Source: Labilithrix sp. (GTDB lineage: Bacteria > Myxococcota_A > Polyangia > Polyangiales > Polyangiaceae). From it: a DNA stretch of 64,000 bases. The stretch is from NCBI GenBank assembly GCA_044227045.1, contig JBGAFW010000002.1, positions 67,457 through 131,456 of the forward strand. Direction: 5' to 3'. The notes below the pieces were generated by a model. That model made no database searches. It was not told where the DNA came from and worked only from the letters and a program-made list of their open reading frames with translations. The position numbers were made by a program, and so were the translations under genes. Shown here piece by piece: positions 1 through 9,821 of this stretch. Numbering within the stretch: the first letter of the stretch is position 1; each line of letters begins with the position of its first letter.

Positions 1-392
1 TTCGCCTTCGTTGTGGGCGTCTTCTTCTTCGCCGGCTTCGAGGAAGCGACGAGCTCGGGATGATGCTTCGCGACCAGCGTCTTCGGCGCGGAGTATGCCC
101 ACGATCCGATCATCAGCTCGCGAAGGAGCGCGGCGTCGGCCTTCGCGAGGCGAATCCCGAGCGAGCAGTTCTTCGTCGTCCAGCCGCCGAACGAGAAGAA
201 CACCTCGGGCTGCCCCTCGAGGAGCAGCATGAGCTCTTCGAGCGGTGACACGCGCACCATCGCGGTCGCGTCCTTCTCGAGCATGGTCGCGAAGATCTTC
301 GTGCCGATCCGAAACGACGTGCGATCGAAGTGAGGCTCCTCGTGCGCGTCCGGCATCGAGAGCGCGAGCTTGCGAAACTGCGCGGGTGTCAT
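1..392 (-). CDS. MmcQ/YjbR-family (DUF419) DNA-binding protein; the 3' end is cut off by the window edge
   Basis: The reverse-strand translation from the ATG at 392 reads MTPAQFRKLALSMPDAHEEPHFDRTSFRIGTKIFATM..., a typical MmcQ/YjbR N-terminus. A GGAGG lies 9 nt upstream. The ATG overlaps the stop of the upstream PHP gene (ATGA). No stop codon is reached before position 1, and the ORF track does not list this gene. Confidence 0.55.
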   Translation of the reverse strand, partial: MTPAQFRKLALSMPDAHEEPHFDRTSFRIGTKIFATMLEKDATAMVRVSPLEELMLLLEGQPEVFFSFGGWTTKNCSLGIRLAKADAALLRELMIGSWAYSAPKTLVAKHHPELVASSKPAKKKTPTTKA

Positions 393-2065
393 GACGACTG
401 GCCTCCCGTCTTCGGCTTGCGTGAACGGGCCGCGAGGACGCCCGCGATGGAGAGCGCGAGCGCGATCGCCCACGAGCCGCCGTCGCTCGACGCGCCGCGC
501 GTGACCCGGCACCCGTCATCGTCGTCGTTCGTGCCGGCCGCCGCGTCCACGGCTTGGGGCCCGTTCGGGTCGCTCTTCAGCCAGATGTGGCTCGTGACCG
601 TGCGCGGCTTGTCGTCGACGAGCGCCTCGGCGCGCCAGCGGTCTTCGCCCGACGCAGGCGGCGTCGCGACGATCTCGTGCACGAAGGGGTCGCTCGTGAC
701 CGCCACGGGATCTTCGGGGACGCCGTTCTTGACGAAGCGCACCGTCTGGCCGTTGCCCTTCGTGACGCGCGCGCGGAGCACGATCGATCGGACGCCGATC
801 GTATCGCCGGGGAAGCCGAGCGCGTCCGGGCCAGCGCCGCCTTTGGCTGGCGCCGCCTCGAGCTCCACCATCGCGTCATCGGGGCTATCGAGCTTCACGA
901 CGGTCGCGCCCTTCCTGATCCCGTCGAGGATGCCTTGGACGCTCAGCTCGGTCGCGCGGACGAGCGTCGTCGGGCTGCCGATCTTCGCGGGGAAGAGGCC
1001 GGTGCTGAGGCCGGCGCGGTGATCGTCGCTCCCGCCGAGCGCCGGCACCTTCGCGCCTTTGTCGAGGATGGCGTCCCAGAACGCGATCGCGCGCGCGCTG
1101 AAGAGCGAGGCGCCTGCGGTGATGCCGAGCGTGCCGATCTCGACGCCGCCGATCTTGCTCGGGTCGAGCTCGTGCTTCCACGCGCAGCCGATGCAGAGGT
1201 CGCCGATGTCGAGCACCGGATGGTTGATGCTCATGATCGCGCCCTGCGCTCGGATCGCGTCGGCGGCGCCGGCGATCGTGACGTTGGGCTGGCCGATCTT
1301 GTGATCGACCCACTTCGTCGCGCCGATCGCGTTCGCGTGGCCCTGGTACGTCGTGTACTCGATGCCTGGGATCAGCAGAAAGCCGGGCTCCTTCGCCTGG
1401 ATGTCGTTCATGAAGTCGAGCTGCGTGATCGTGTTGTGATCGGACAGCTCGATGAAGTCGAGGCCACGCTGCTTGGCGAGGGTGATGTTTGCCTCGATCG
1501 TCGCGTCGGCGTCGGTCGACTCGCGATCGTGAACGTGGAAATCACCTGCGTAATACCGCGTCTCCACCTTGCGCGCGGGCGCTGGCTTGTAGGCGCTGCG
1601 CGGGATGGCTTGGAGCGTCGGCGCCGTCCGCAGCTCCACCTCGACGTGATACCGCGCGGGAGACGCGACGACCTTGGCCTTGCCGACGACGACGCGCCAC
1701 TTGCCGGCGACGATCGGCCCGGGCACGTAGGCACGCGTCGCCGCGGTCGCGTTGAGGACGACGTTCTCCGACGTGCCGCCGCCCCAACCGCGATAGCCGT
1801 TCGGATCGTCGAGGCCGAAGTCGAGGATGTTCGCGTCGGACTGGTCGTCGTGGCGAATCTCGATCTCCTGGGTGCCCTCCGGCACGTCGAAGTCGAGGAA
1901 GAAGTGGTCCGGGCCCGTGGCCGGTACGTCCGCGTCGAAGACGATCGGCGCCGCCAGGGCGATGCTCGGATACGCGAGCGCTGCCGCGATGCCCGAGCAA
2001 GCCGCAAATGCGACGAATCGGGCTGAAATACGGCGGGATCGAAGGGGGAGGGCGCGGAAGCTCAC
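389..2065 (-). CDS. Secreted PHP-domain metallo-phosphoesterase with a MYXO-CTERM-like C-terminal sorting tail
   Basis: A signal-peptide-like N-terminus. PHP His/Asp motifs (GDFHVHD..., ELSDHN, INHP, GGSDDH). The C-terminus reads DDDDGC-RVTRGASSDGGSWAIALALSIAGVLAARSRKPK, i.e. Cys, then a hydrophobic stretch, then a basic tail. Confidence 0.75.
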   Translation of the reverse strand: MSFRALPLRSRRISARFVAFAACSGIAAALAYPSIALAAPIVFDADVPATGPDHFFLDFDVPEGTQEIEIRHDDQSDANILDFGLDDPNGYRGWGGGTSENVVLNATAATRAYVPGPIVAGKWRVVVGKAKVVASPARYHVEVELRTAPTLQAIPRSAYKPAPARKVETRYYAGDFHVHDRESTDADATIEANITLAKQRGLDFIELSDHNTITQLDFMNDIQAKEPGFLLIPGIEYTTYQGHANAIGATKWVDHKIGQPNVTIAGAADAIRAQGAIMSINHPVLDIGDLCIGCAWKHELDPSKIGGVEIGTLGITAGASLFSARAIAFWDAILDKGAKVPALGGSDDHRAGLSTGLFPAKIGSPTTLVRATELSVQGILDGIRKGATVVKLDSPDDAMVELEAAPAKGGAGPDALGFPGDTIGVRSIVLRARVTKGNGQTVRFVKNGVPEDPVAVTSDPFVHEIVATPPASGEDRWRAEALVDDKPRTVTSHIWLKSDPNGPQAVDAAAGTNDDDDGCRVTRGASSDGGSWAIALALSIAGVLAARSRKPKTGGQSS

Positions 2066-2176
2066 GCGTTCACTTTAGCTGTCCTGCCGGTCCCCGTGCT
2101 ACGAGAGCGTCGTCGGCGCGCAAAGGCGAACCGGCGCGGCGCCGACAGCCCGCGAACGAATAGGGCGAAGAGACAT

Positions 2177-3352
2177 ATGGAACGCATTCAGAAGATCCTC
2201 GCGCACGGCGGCATCGCGTCACGTCGCGCCGCCGAGCAGCTCATCAAAGCGGGTCGCGTGCGCGTGAACGGGCGCGTCGTGACGGAGCTCGGCACCAAGG
2301 CGGATCCTCGTCGCGACCGTGTCGAGGTCGATGGCAAGCGCGTCGTCGCGGAGGACCCGGTCTATGTCGTGCTCCACAAGCCGCGCGGCGTCGTCTCGAC
2401 GATGAACGATCCGGAAGGTCGTCCGACGGTGCAGGAGCTCCTCTCGAGCATCGGCGCACGCGTGTATCCGGTTGGCCGGCTCGATTTTGCGACGAGCGGC
2501 GTCCTCCTCGCGACGAACGACGGCGAGCTCGCCGACGGTCTCCTTCACCCGCGAAAGACCGTGCCGAAGAAGTACGTGCTCAAGGTGAAGGGCATCATGA
2601 GCCCCGAGGACATCGACGCGTGGCGCAAAGGCATCCGCCTCGAAGACGGCATGACGCTGCCGGCAGAGGCGACGCTCATCCGTCACGAAGGTGACAAGAC
2701 GTGGCTCGAGCTGACGATCCGTGAAGGTCGCAACCAGCAGATCCGCCGCATGGGCGAGGCGACGGGCTTTCCGGTCATGCGCCTCGCGCGCGTGTCGTTC
2801 GCCGAGATCTCGGTCGAAGGTCTCGCGCCCGGCCGCTGGCGGCATCTCACGCGCGACGAGCTCATCGATCTGAAGAAGACGTACGGCGTGCCGCGATCGA
2901 TCCCGTCGGCTGGGTCGATCCCGGAGAACCCTTCACGCGCGGCACGCGCACGCGCGATTCAGCCACGCAGCGCCGCGGAGTCGACCGCGGCGAGCTCTTC
3001 TTCTTCTTCGCCGCGCTTTGGCGGCGGATCGCCGGGACGCCGCTCCTACGACGTCACCGACGATTGGGGCGGAGGCGCAGGCCGCGGCTCCACGCGAAAC
3101 GATCGCGCGGGCTCCAGCGGCTCGAGCACCGGCGATCGTCGAGGCGCGAGCCGGAGCAGCGGTGGACGCAGCGGAAGCAGCGATCGCGGCGCGCCGCGCG
3201 CGAGCCGAGGCGGCGCCGTGGGAGGCAGCGAGGAACGTCCGCGCAGCAGCGTCGGCGGCGGTCGCTTTGGTCAATCACGCACGACCGGAACCGGCGGTGG
3301 GATCGGCTCGCGCGAAGAGGCCCCGCGCGTCAAAGGGCGCCGCGGACGCTAG
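2177..3352 (+). CDS. rluB: 23S rRNA pseudouridine synthase RluB, with a long Arg/Gly/Ser-rich C-terminal tail
   Basis: An S4 domain (IASRRAAEQLIKAGRVRVNG). The RsuA/RluB core (LHKPRGVVSTMNDPEGRPTV, YPVGRLDFATSGVLLATNDGEL, GRNQQIRRM). ATG at 2177, in frame with the longer ORF 2096..3352. Confidence 0.85.
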   Translation: MERIQKILAHGGIASRRAAEQLIKAGRVRVNGRVVTELGTKADPRRDRVEVDGKRVVAEDPVYVVLHKPRGVVSTMNDPEGRPTVQELLSSIGARVYPVGRLDFATSGVLLATNDGELADGLLHPRKTVPKKYVLKVKGIMSPEDIDAWRKGIRLEDGMTLPAEATLIRHEGDKTWLELTIREGRNQQIRRMGEATGFPVMRLARVSFAEISVEGLAPGRWRHLTRDELIDLKKTYGVPRSIPSAGSIPENPSRAARARAIQPRSAAESTAASSSSSSPRFGGGSPGRRSYDVTDDWGGGAGRGSTRNDRAGSSGSSTGDRRGASRSSGGRSGSSDRGAPRASRGGAVGGSEERPRSSVGGGRFGQSRTTGTGGGIGSREEAPRVKGRRGR

Positions 3353-3393
3353 CCTCACGCACGCGCCCGTCACGCACGTCACGCACGCGCCCG

Positions 3394-4287
3394 TCAGTAG
3401 TCGTCGCTCGAGCCGCCGCCACCGAACGTGCCGCCGCCGCCCCCGTAGCCGCCGCCTCCGCCGCCACCACCGCCGCCGCCTCCGCCACCGCGCCCACCAA
3501 AGCGGCCGAAGAGAAGGACCCAGAAGAGGATCTCGCGGAACGTGGGTGAGATGATCGCGAGGATGATCACGCCAAGGATCACCGCGCCGATGATCCCGAT
3601 CTGAATCCACTGCGGAAGCGCGGCGAACCCGGTCTTCGGCGCGTTCGGATCGGGGATCGCTTCGCCGTTTCCTCGCCGCGATCTCGTCTTCGACGATTGG
3701 CCTGCCGAGTCGCTCTTGCCGCCGGGCGTGTTCTCGACGAGCTCTTTCAAGATCGCGTCGGTGCCGCGATCCATCGCCTCGTACGTTCGTCCCTCCTTCA
3801 TCAGGGGGCCGATCACGTCGCGGTTGATGTGGCTCGACTGGACGTCGGTGAGCGCGCCGCCGACGCCTTTGCCGGTCTCGATGCGGAGCTTGCGATCGCC
3901 GAGCGACGCGATGAGGAGCACGCCGTCGTCTGCGCCCTTCGAGCCGACGCCCCACTGGTTGCCTGCCATGTAGCCGACGTCGTCGATCGTCAGCCCGTCC
4001 GGCAGCTTCGGCAGAAGATAGACGACGATCGCGAAGCCCGTCTGCTTGCGCGCGCGGTCGAGCTTGCGGTCGAGCTTCTGCAGCTCCTGCGGCGACAACG
4101 CTCCCGCTTGGTCGACGACGTGGCCGCTCAGCGGCGGCGGATTCCACTTCGCGGGTGCCGTGTCGTCCGCAAAGGCCGACGAAGGCCACGCCGTCGCGAC
4201 GAGCAGGACGACGAACGCGACCATCGCTCCGACGAAATTTCCCCATGTTTTGGAGAGAGACGACGTGGAAGCGGAGCCTCGAAGCAC
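3394..4287 (-). CDS. TPM-domain (YgcG-like) protein with a TM segment and a poly-Gly C-terminal tail
   Basis: Signal peptide, then a TPM fold (GHVVDQAGALSPQELQKLDRKL...GFAIVVYLL...NQWGVGSKGADDGVLLIASLGDRKLRIETGKG), then a TM segment and the run G(14)YGGGGG. Confidence 0.8.
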   Translation of the reverse strand: MLRGSASTSSLSKTWGNFVGAMVAFVVLLVATAWPSSAFADDTAPAKWNPPPLSGHVVDQAGALSPQELQKLDRKLDRARKQTGFAIVVYLLPKLPDGLTIDDVGYMAGNQWGVGSKGADDGVLLIASLGDRKLRIETGKGVGGALTDVQSSHINRDVIGPLMKEGRTYEAMDRGTDAILKELVENTPGGKSDSAGQSSKTRSRRGNGEAIPDPNAPKTGFAALPQWIQIGIIGAVILGVIILAIISPTFREILFWVLLFGRFGGRGGGGGGGGGGGGGGYGGGGGTFGGGGSSDDY

Positions 4288-4368
4288 CGCAGGAATGTAA
4301 TCCCACTCCCGAGGCGCGTCACGCGCTCGCTCACCTTCGAGGTGGATTGTTGCTCTTCGCCACTCCGC

Positions 4369-7300
4369 TCAAGGCGTCGACGTCATCTCGGCCTGCGGTG
4401 ACGCTGTCGCAGCGGCCGGACGGATCTTCGCGAGAGGATCGACGATCGACGCCGGCAGAGACCAGTCGTTCCGGAAGGTGCCCGCCGCGCGAAAGCTCGC
4501 GCCGTTCAGCATCAGCTGACCGCGCGCCGGCGTGATCGATTCGTCCCACACCATGAAGTCGGGGAGCAGCTCGGGCAGCGAGAGGGCGCGCAGCGTGCCG
4601 AGGGTGTCGGCGCCTTCCACCACGACGACGTAGCGATCCTCTCGCGCCGGGTTCGGATGAACGAAGGCGGCGCCGAGCTCCTTTCCGATGATCTTCTCTT
4701 TGCCGATCGTGACGCCGGTGCTGTCGACGTGGATGGGGAAGGGAGCGCCGTTGCTCGTGGCGAGCGCGTCGAGCGCGGCGAGCACCTTGTTCGTGCGCCC
4801 GACGAGGAAGAGCACGCGATCGTGGGCGAGCGGCTCCTTCTTCGCGAGGAACTCCTCGTCGCTCATCACGGGATAGGACATCGGAATGCCGCCGGGTGGG
4901 TTCGCGAAGGCGCGCGCGACCCGCTCGTTGGCGCGCGTCTCGTCCGTGCCGGGCTCTTTGCCGCGCGTTGAATCGTCACCGGCGCCATAGACGAAGAGGA
5001 GCGGCTCGTGAAACGCGTCGCGAAGCGGACCGGCGACGTGACCGCTCTTCACGGGATGGTGCACGGGATGAAACGCGGGGCCCTTCTCCCAAACGCCCGC
5101 GCCGTTTTTGTGGAGGATGACGGGCTCAGCCTCATCGAAGGAGAGGGACGTCCCGTCGGCGCTCACGCTGAGCGTCGCGTGCGGCTCGATCAGCTTGTCG
5201 TCGCGCGTGAGCGTCATCGCGCTCACGCCCGTCGTCGTGAGCGTGATCGCGGACTTGGTCTTCACGCGCGCGTCGACGTCCGCCCAGCCGCCCGTCGCGC
5301 TCGTCGGCTCGCTTAGCTCGTCGATGCGCACCCACGCGCTCGTCCCGTAGCGTGGCTTCATCGTGCGAAAGCGCACGTGCGAAGGATGCGGATCGAGCCG
5401 CTGCGAGAGGAGCCACTTCATCCCCTTCAGATCGGCGTAAGTGACGCCCCACACGTTGTGACCCGCGTCGGGGTGATCGTGCTTGATCGAGTATTTGAGC
5501 TTCTCGTAGCGCTCGATCAAGACGCCGCTGTTCGTCTCGGGGAGATCGCGCGTGCCGTGGATGATCCAGAGCGGGAGGTGCTCGCCGTTCTCCGCCCAAT
5601 ACACGTTCGAGCGCTCTTCGATCGCGAGCTTCTCCCACGGGCGCTTGGGTCGCGGTCCGATGTCGGGCCGGATCATGTAGCTGTGGTAGCCGCACAGCGG
5701 CTCGGCGCTCGAGAAGACGTGCGGGAAATGGAGCGGGATCGACGCGGAGCCGATGCCGCCCATCGACGGACCCGTGATGCTGATCCGCGTGTCGTCGATC
5801 GGGAAGACGCTGCGCGCCCACTGGATCATGTGGAGGACATCGTCCTCGCCGATCTCGCGGTACATCGTGTTGCCGTGGGCGTACGGCGTGATCACGAACG
5901 CGTCTATTACGTTGGGAACCAGTGCCTGGTTCCCAAACCCTCCCGCCGTCGGTGGCGGAACGAGCGGCCGGCGATCTTTCCAGTAGGGCTCCTTCTTCTC
6001 TTCGTCGAGGCCGAAGAGCGCGCGCATCATCGAGATCGGGTAGCTGTTCATCCCGTGAAGGCCAACGACGAGCGGGAGCTTTCGCGTGTCACCTGGCTTG
6101 TAAGAAGGCGGCACGTAGAGCCCAAGCTCGCTCGGCGCGCCATCGAGCGGCGTGACGACGGCGCGGCGCATCATTCCGGTGCGACCTTCGTACGGGTCGA
6201 CGCCCTTCTCGAGGTTGGCCGCGAGCCGATCGATCTCCTTGGCGTCTTCGAGCTGCGCTTCGGCGTCTTGATCGCCGCGCGCGACGAACCGCGCGAGGCG
6301 CTTGACGAGGAAGTGCACCGAGTCGAGCGAGCCCGGCACGAGCCACGGCTCATCGCCTTTGATCTTCGCGAGGGCGCGATCCATCCGCGCGAGCGCCTGC
6401 TCCGACTGCGGGCGCGCGAAGATCGACGACTTGACGACGCGACCGGCGACGTTGGCTTCGAGCGTCGCCGTGCCGCTCCATGGATCGATCGCTGGTAGCG
6501 CGACGACGAGGTCGGTGACGCCCGACGACGTCACCGCCACGGAGCCAGCGCGCACGTCGAACGCCGAGGCCTCGGGGACGCCGGAGAGCTTCACCGAGAC
6601 GGGGAGGGGGACGCCGCGTGGCGCGCCTTCGGGGTAGCGAACGGTGACGAGCGGCCGGTAGCGCGGCGGCGTCGAATGAGCGTCGAACGCGCGATCGACG
6701 ACGAGCCACGACATGCGCGCCGCCAAGGCCTGCGCGTCGGTCGCGCTCGTCCCCGGAAGCGTCAGGTAGGCGCCGATCGGCGGCGCGAGCGACCCATCGA
6801 CGATCTTCGCGCGGAATCGCCAAGCGCCGTCGCGTTGATGGAGCTTGAGGACGATGTCGTGATCGCCCGCCGTCAGATCGAGCGGGACGATGTCGTCGTC
6901 GTCACGCACGGGCCGCGCGTCGTCGCGTGTGTACACGACCGCGCCATCGACGAAGATGCGAATGCCATCGTCGACGCCGAGCATCAGGTAGTGGCGACCG
7001 GCTCGCTCGACGTGAAGGCGTCCCGCGGCGTACGCGATGAGCTCCGATCCGGTCGCGTCTTCGAGCGTCGTCTTGAGGTCAATCGTGCGGCTGCCATCGC
7101 TGCCGGGATCTTGGCTTGCGCCGCCTCCAAGCAGCGGAGGTCCGGCGGACCCGACGATCCACTTCGCGGGTGGCCTCTGCTTCGTCCCGAGATCGCGGGC
7201 GCCTCCGAACGCGGTCCCGAGTGACGCGGCGATCTTCTTCTCGTCGACGCTGAGCCCTGCCGGCAGGCTTGTGAGCGGCTGCGTGGCGGCGGCGCGAAAG

Positions 7301-7623
7301 GGACCGGCGAGGAGCCATGCGCCGAGGACGCCCGCAGCGGATGGAGCGAGGCGCACCTCCGTGACCGGCGCGCGCGCCTCCTCGTCGAGGCGGGCGATCT
7401 CTGCGGCGCGCTTCGATGCGGGAGCGATCGCGGAGGGAGAGACCGTGCTGGGAGACGACGTTTCGACCGGGAGGTCATCGCCGTCCGCGGCGCTGCTCCG
7501 CTCGGGAGAGTCCGTGCCCGCGCCGAGGAGGCTCAGCAGGAGCCCGAGCGCGAGGACTCCTCCGCTGCCGGCCGATGCGCCGAGCAGCGCACCGACAGGG
7601 AGTGGATAGAGCGCGCGGGTCAC
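4369..7623 (-). CDS. Large secreted multidomain alpha/beta-hydrolase (S9 peptidase or esterase-like), 1084 aa
   Basis: GTG start with a signal peptide. A nucleophile elbow (ITGPSMGGIGS). LPLVVGLHGMNSY and WIIHGTRD are hydrolase-like. Co-directional, 6 nt downstream of the cupredoxin gene, and upstream of the TPM gene. Confidence 0.7.
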   Translation of the reverse strand: MTRALYPLPVGALLGASAGSGGVLALGLLLSLLGAGTDSPERSSAADGDDLPVETSSPSTVSPSAIAPASKRAAEIARLDEEARAPVTEVRLAPSAAGVLGAWLLAGPFRAAATQPLTSLPAGLSVDEKKIAASLGTAFGGARDLGTKQRPPAKWIVGSAGPPLLGGGASQDPGSDGSRTIDLKTTLEDATGSELIAYAAGRLHVERAGRHYLMLGVDDGIRIFVDGAVVYTRDDARPVRDDDDIVPLDLTAGDHDIVLKLHQRDGAWRFRAKIVDGSLAPPIGAYLTLPGTSATDAQALAARMSWLVVDRAFDAHSTPPRYRPLVTVRYPEGAPRGVPLPVSVKLSGVPEASAFDVRAGSVAVTSSGVTDLVVALPAIDPWSGTATLEANVAGRVVKSSIFARPQSEQALARMDRALAKIKGDEPWLVPGSLDSVHFLVKRLARFVARGDQDAEAQLEDAKEIDRLAANLEKGVDPYEGRTGMMRRAVVTPLDGAPSELGLYVPPSYKPGDTRKLPLVVGLHGMNSYPISMMRALFGLDEEKKEPYWKDRRPLVPPPTAGGFGNQALVPNVIDAFVITPYAHGNTMYREIGEDDVLHMIQWARSVFPIDDTRISITGPSMGGIGSASIPLHFPHVFSSAEPLCGYHSYMIRPDIGPRPKRPWEKLAIEERSNVYWAENGEHLPLWIIHGTRDLPETNSGVLIERYEKLKYSIKHDHPDAGHNVWGVTYADLKGMKWLLSQRLDPHPSHVRFRTMKPRYGTSAWVRIDELSEPTSATGGWADVDARVKTKSAITLTTTGVSAMTLTRDDKLIEPHATLSVSADGTSLSFDEAEPVILHKNGAGVWEKGPAFHPVHHPVKSGHVAGPLRDAFHEPLLFVYGAGDDSTRGKEPGTDETRANERVARAFANPPGGIPMSYPVMSDEEFLAKKEPLAHDRVLFLVGRTNKVLAALDALATSNGAPFPIHVDSTGVTIGKEKIIGKELGAAFVHPNPAREDRYVVVVEGADTLGTLRALSLPELLPDFMVWDESITPARGQLMLNGASFRAAGTFRNDWSLPASIVDPLAKIRPAAATASPQAEMTSTP

Positions 7624-7629
7624 GTCTTC

Positions 7630-8004
7630 TTATTGAACGGTGATGGTACCGGTCATGCCGGCCGTGCAGTGGGGCTCGCAGTAGTACTTAACGACCTGGG
7701 CCTTGTCGGCCTTCCACTCGAACGTACCGCCGGCCTGCGCCGCGCCGCTCCGAAAGATTCCGTCGCCTTGACCGCACGTCGCGCCGGAGACGACGTTGTG
7801 GGCGCCGCCTGCCCAGGTCCAGCGCACCGTCTGACCCACCTTGACCGTGACGTCCTTCGGCGTGAACGTGTTGCCGTTCGCGCCGCCGACCTGAACGTTC
7901 ACCACCTGCGTATCGTCCGCCGGCGTCGTGTCTTCGCTGCTGCATGCGGGAACGAGCACGAATCCCGCGAGCGCCATTCCGAGTCCAAGCAAGATCTTCT
8001 TCAT
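7630..8004 (-). CDS. Small blue-copper (cupredoxin/plastocyanin-like) lipoprotein
   Basis: An internal start (MKKILLGLGMALAGFVLVPAC, a lipobox) with GGAG upstream. Cu-ligand motifs (YYCEPHCTAGMTG, GAHNVV). The longer ORF 7630..8253 has a non-coding-looking N-terminal extension. Confidence 0.7.
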   Translation of the reverse strand: MKKILLGLGMALAGFVLVPACSSEDTTPADDTQVVNVQVGGANGNTFTPKDVTVKVGQTVRWTWAGGAHNVVSGATCGQGDGIFRSGAAQAGGTFEWKADKAQVVKYYCEPHCTAGMTGTITVQ

Positions 8005-8149
8005 CACGTTCTCCTCGGCAGTCCGCTCAGGCAGTGAGCGATCGGCCAGTCGACGAGCGTTCGCGCGCGCGAGCCAGCCATCGACGACGACTACCGTCTC
8101 GTTGGTGGCCTTGGCAAGGTCTGGACAGGTACGATCGGCCGCGATTGTC

Positions 8150-9187
8150 GTGCGTGGCTCTCTTCTGACGTCGTTCGTGCTCGCCGGTGCCGCGGTCGCC
8201 CTCGGCGCGAGCGTCGTTTTCGAGCGCGAAGCGCAGGCGAGCCCGTCGGCCAAGCTCGTCTATGTGCGTGGGGCGGGGGCCGATTCGTGTCCAGGGGAGG
8301 CCGAGCTGCGAAAGGCCGTGGCGCAGCGCCTTGGCTACGATCCGTTCTTTCCGGTCGCGCAGAAGACCGTGATCGCGCAGGTGCAGCGAGCACCGAGCGG
8401 CTTCACCGGCCGCGTTCAGATCGTCGGCGATGACGGGAACATTCGCGGCGAGAGGGAGCTCGCGACGAAGGGCGACGACTGCAAGGAGCTCGCCCTCGCG
8501 CTGGCGCTCGCGGTGAGCCTCGCGCTCGACGACCTCGACGACGCGCCCGCGAAGCCTCCGGCCAAGCCCGACGAGCCGCCACCACCACCACCGCCGCCGC
8601 CACCACCGCCGCGTGATCCACCGCCGGTCGTCATGGAGCCGAAGGACGACGGCGGATCGCGCGCGCCGGTTCGCGTCGTGGACGGGCCTTCGATGCAGCT
8701 CGCCGCGTCGCTGGGTCCGATCGCGACCTTGGGAACCGCCCCCGACATCGCGGCGGGCGCGAGCTTGGCGATCGCGCTCCGCTGGCCGGCGTCCGCCTTC
8801 GCGCTTCGCGTCGACGTACGGAGCGAGCTTCCGTCGAGCAAATCGCTCGCGCAGGGAGGGAAGGTGTCGACCAACGACGTGGTGGGGACGGTCGCTGCAT
8901 GCCTGCGCGGCAAGATCCCGTTCGGCTGCATCGGCGGAGGCGCAGGCGTCCTCTTCTCGAGGACCGAGAACATCACGAGGCCTGCCAGTGATCGCGCGTC
9001 TCTCATCGTCGGCGTCGCGCGTGGCGGCGCGGACATCGCGCTCGGCTCGCGTCTCTACCTCGAGCCGTTCGCAGAGGTGGGCCTCAACGTCCTCTCCCGT
9101 ACGGTCGAGGTCGACGGCCGGGCCGTCTACGAGACCTCTCCCGTGTGGGCCGCCGTCGGTATCCACCTGGGCGGTCGTTTCCTTTAA
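8150..9187 (+). CDS. Hypothetical secreted protein with a poly-Pro linker; its stop overlaps the ECF sigma start
   Basis: High GC3. A GTG start gives a signal-like N-terminus (RGSLLTSFVLAGAAVALGASV). A P(12) run. The stop TAA overlaps the ATG of the ECF sigma gene (TAATG). The antisense ORF 8027..9166 is Arg-rich junk. Confidence 0.5.
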   Translation: MRGSLLTSFVLAGAAVALGASVVFEREAQASPSAKLVYVRGAGADSCPGEAELRKAVAQRLGYDPFFPVAQKTVIAQVQRAPSGFTGRVQIVGDDGNIRGERELATKGDDCKELALALALAVSLALDDLDDAPAKPPAKPDEPPPPPPPPPPPPRDPPPVVMEPKDDGGSRAPVRVVDGPSMQLAASLGPIATLGTAPDIAAGASLAIALRWPASAFALRVDVRSELPSSKSLAQGGKVSTNDVVGTVAACLRGKIPFGCIGGGAGVLFSRTENITRPASDRASLIVGVARGGADIALGSRLYLEPFAEVGLNVLSRTVEVDGRAVYETSPVWAAVGIHLGGRFL

Positions 9188-9819
9188 TGGATTCCTCCTC
9201 GAGCCGCCAAGGACCCGAGGTGACGGGCGTACCCAGCGCGATGTCGGGGTCTTCGGAAGGAGCGGGCGCGTCCTCGCCTCCTCGATCGGCGATCGTCGAC
9301 TTTCGCGCGGTGTTCGACGAGCACGCCGCGTACATCTCGGCGTCGCTCGGTCGCCTCGGCATCATGCCGAGCGATCGCGACGACTTGGTCGTCGAGGTGT
9401 TCGTACGCGTTCATCGCGAGCTCGCGCGCTTCGACGCGACGCGTCCTATCCGGCCGTGGCTCTTCGCCTTCGCCGCGCGCGTCGCCTCCGAGCATCGCCG
9501 GCTCGCGCGTCATCGCCGCGAGGTGCTTGGCGGAGAAGAAGGACAAGATGCCGGCAGGCTCGAAGGCGCTGGCCATGTGCAGACACCGGACAAAGCGATG
9601 GAGAGCGCACAAGCACGGCAGCTCGTCCATCGCGCGCTCGAGGCGCTCGACGACGACAAGCGCGCGGTGTTCGTCCTGCATGACCTCGATGAGACACCCG
9701 TCCCGGAGATCGCCCGCGTGCTCGGGATTGCCGAGGGCACGGCCTACTCGCGCCTCCGCGCCGCACGCGCGGACTTCACGGCGGCCGTCCGAAGACTTCG
9801 AGGAAAGGAGGTGAGCTGA
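9187..9819 (+). CDS. ECF-family RNA polymerase sigma factor
   Basis: Sigma-70 region 2 (LVVEVFVRVHRELARFDATRPIRPWLFAFA) and region 4 HTH (FVLHDLDETPVPEIARVLGIAEGTAYSRLRAAR). Confidence 0.8.
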   Translation: MDSSSSRQGPEVTGVPSAMSGSSEGAGASSPPRSAIVDFRAVFDEHAAYISASLGRLGIMPSDRDDLVVEVFVRVHRELARFDATRPIRPWLFAFAARVASEHRRLARHRREVLGGEEGQDAGRLEGAGHVQTPDKAMESAQARQLVHRALEALDDDKRAVFVLHDLDETPVPEIARVLGIAEGTAYSRLRAARADFTAAVRRLRGKEVS

Positions 9820-9821
9820 TC

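Noticed and set aside
554-2026. Long Arg/Asp-rich ORFs in alternate frames or on the antisense strand. Examples: 554..2026 +, 5377..6498 +, 8027..9166 -, 22520..23509 -, 39941..41374 -, 53566..55101 -, 56548..58908 -, 58413..60533 -, 24597..25787 +.
   Set aside because: These are typical high-GC artefacts: Arg/Ala/Asp-rich, with no motifs. Each overlaps a gene that has clear domain signatures and a better GC3 pattern.
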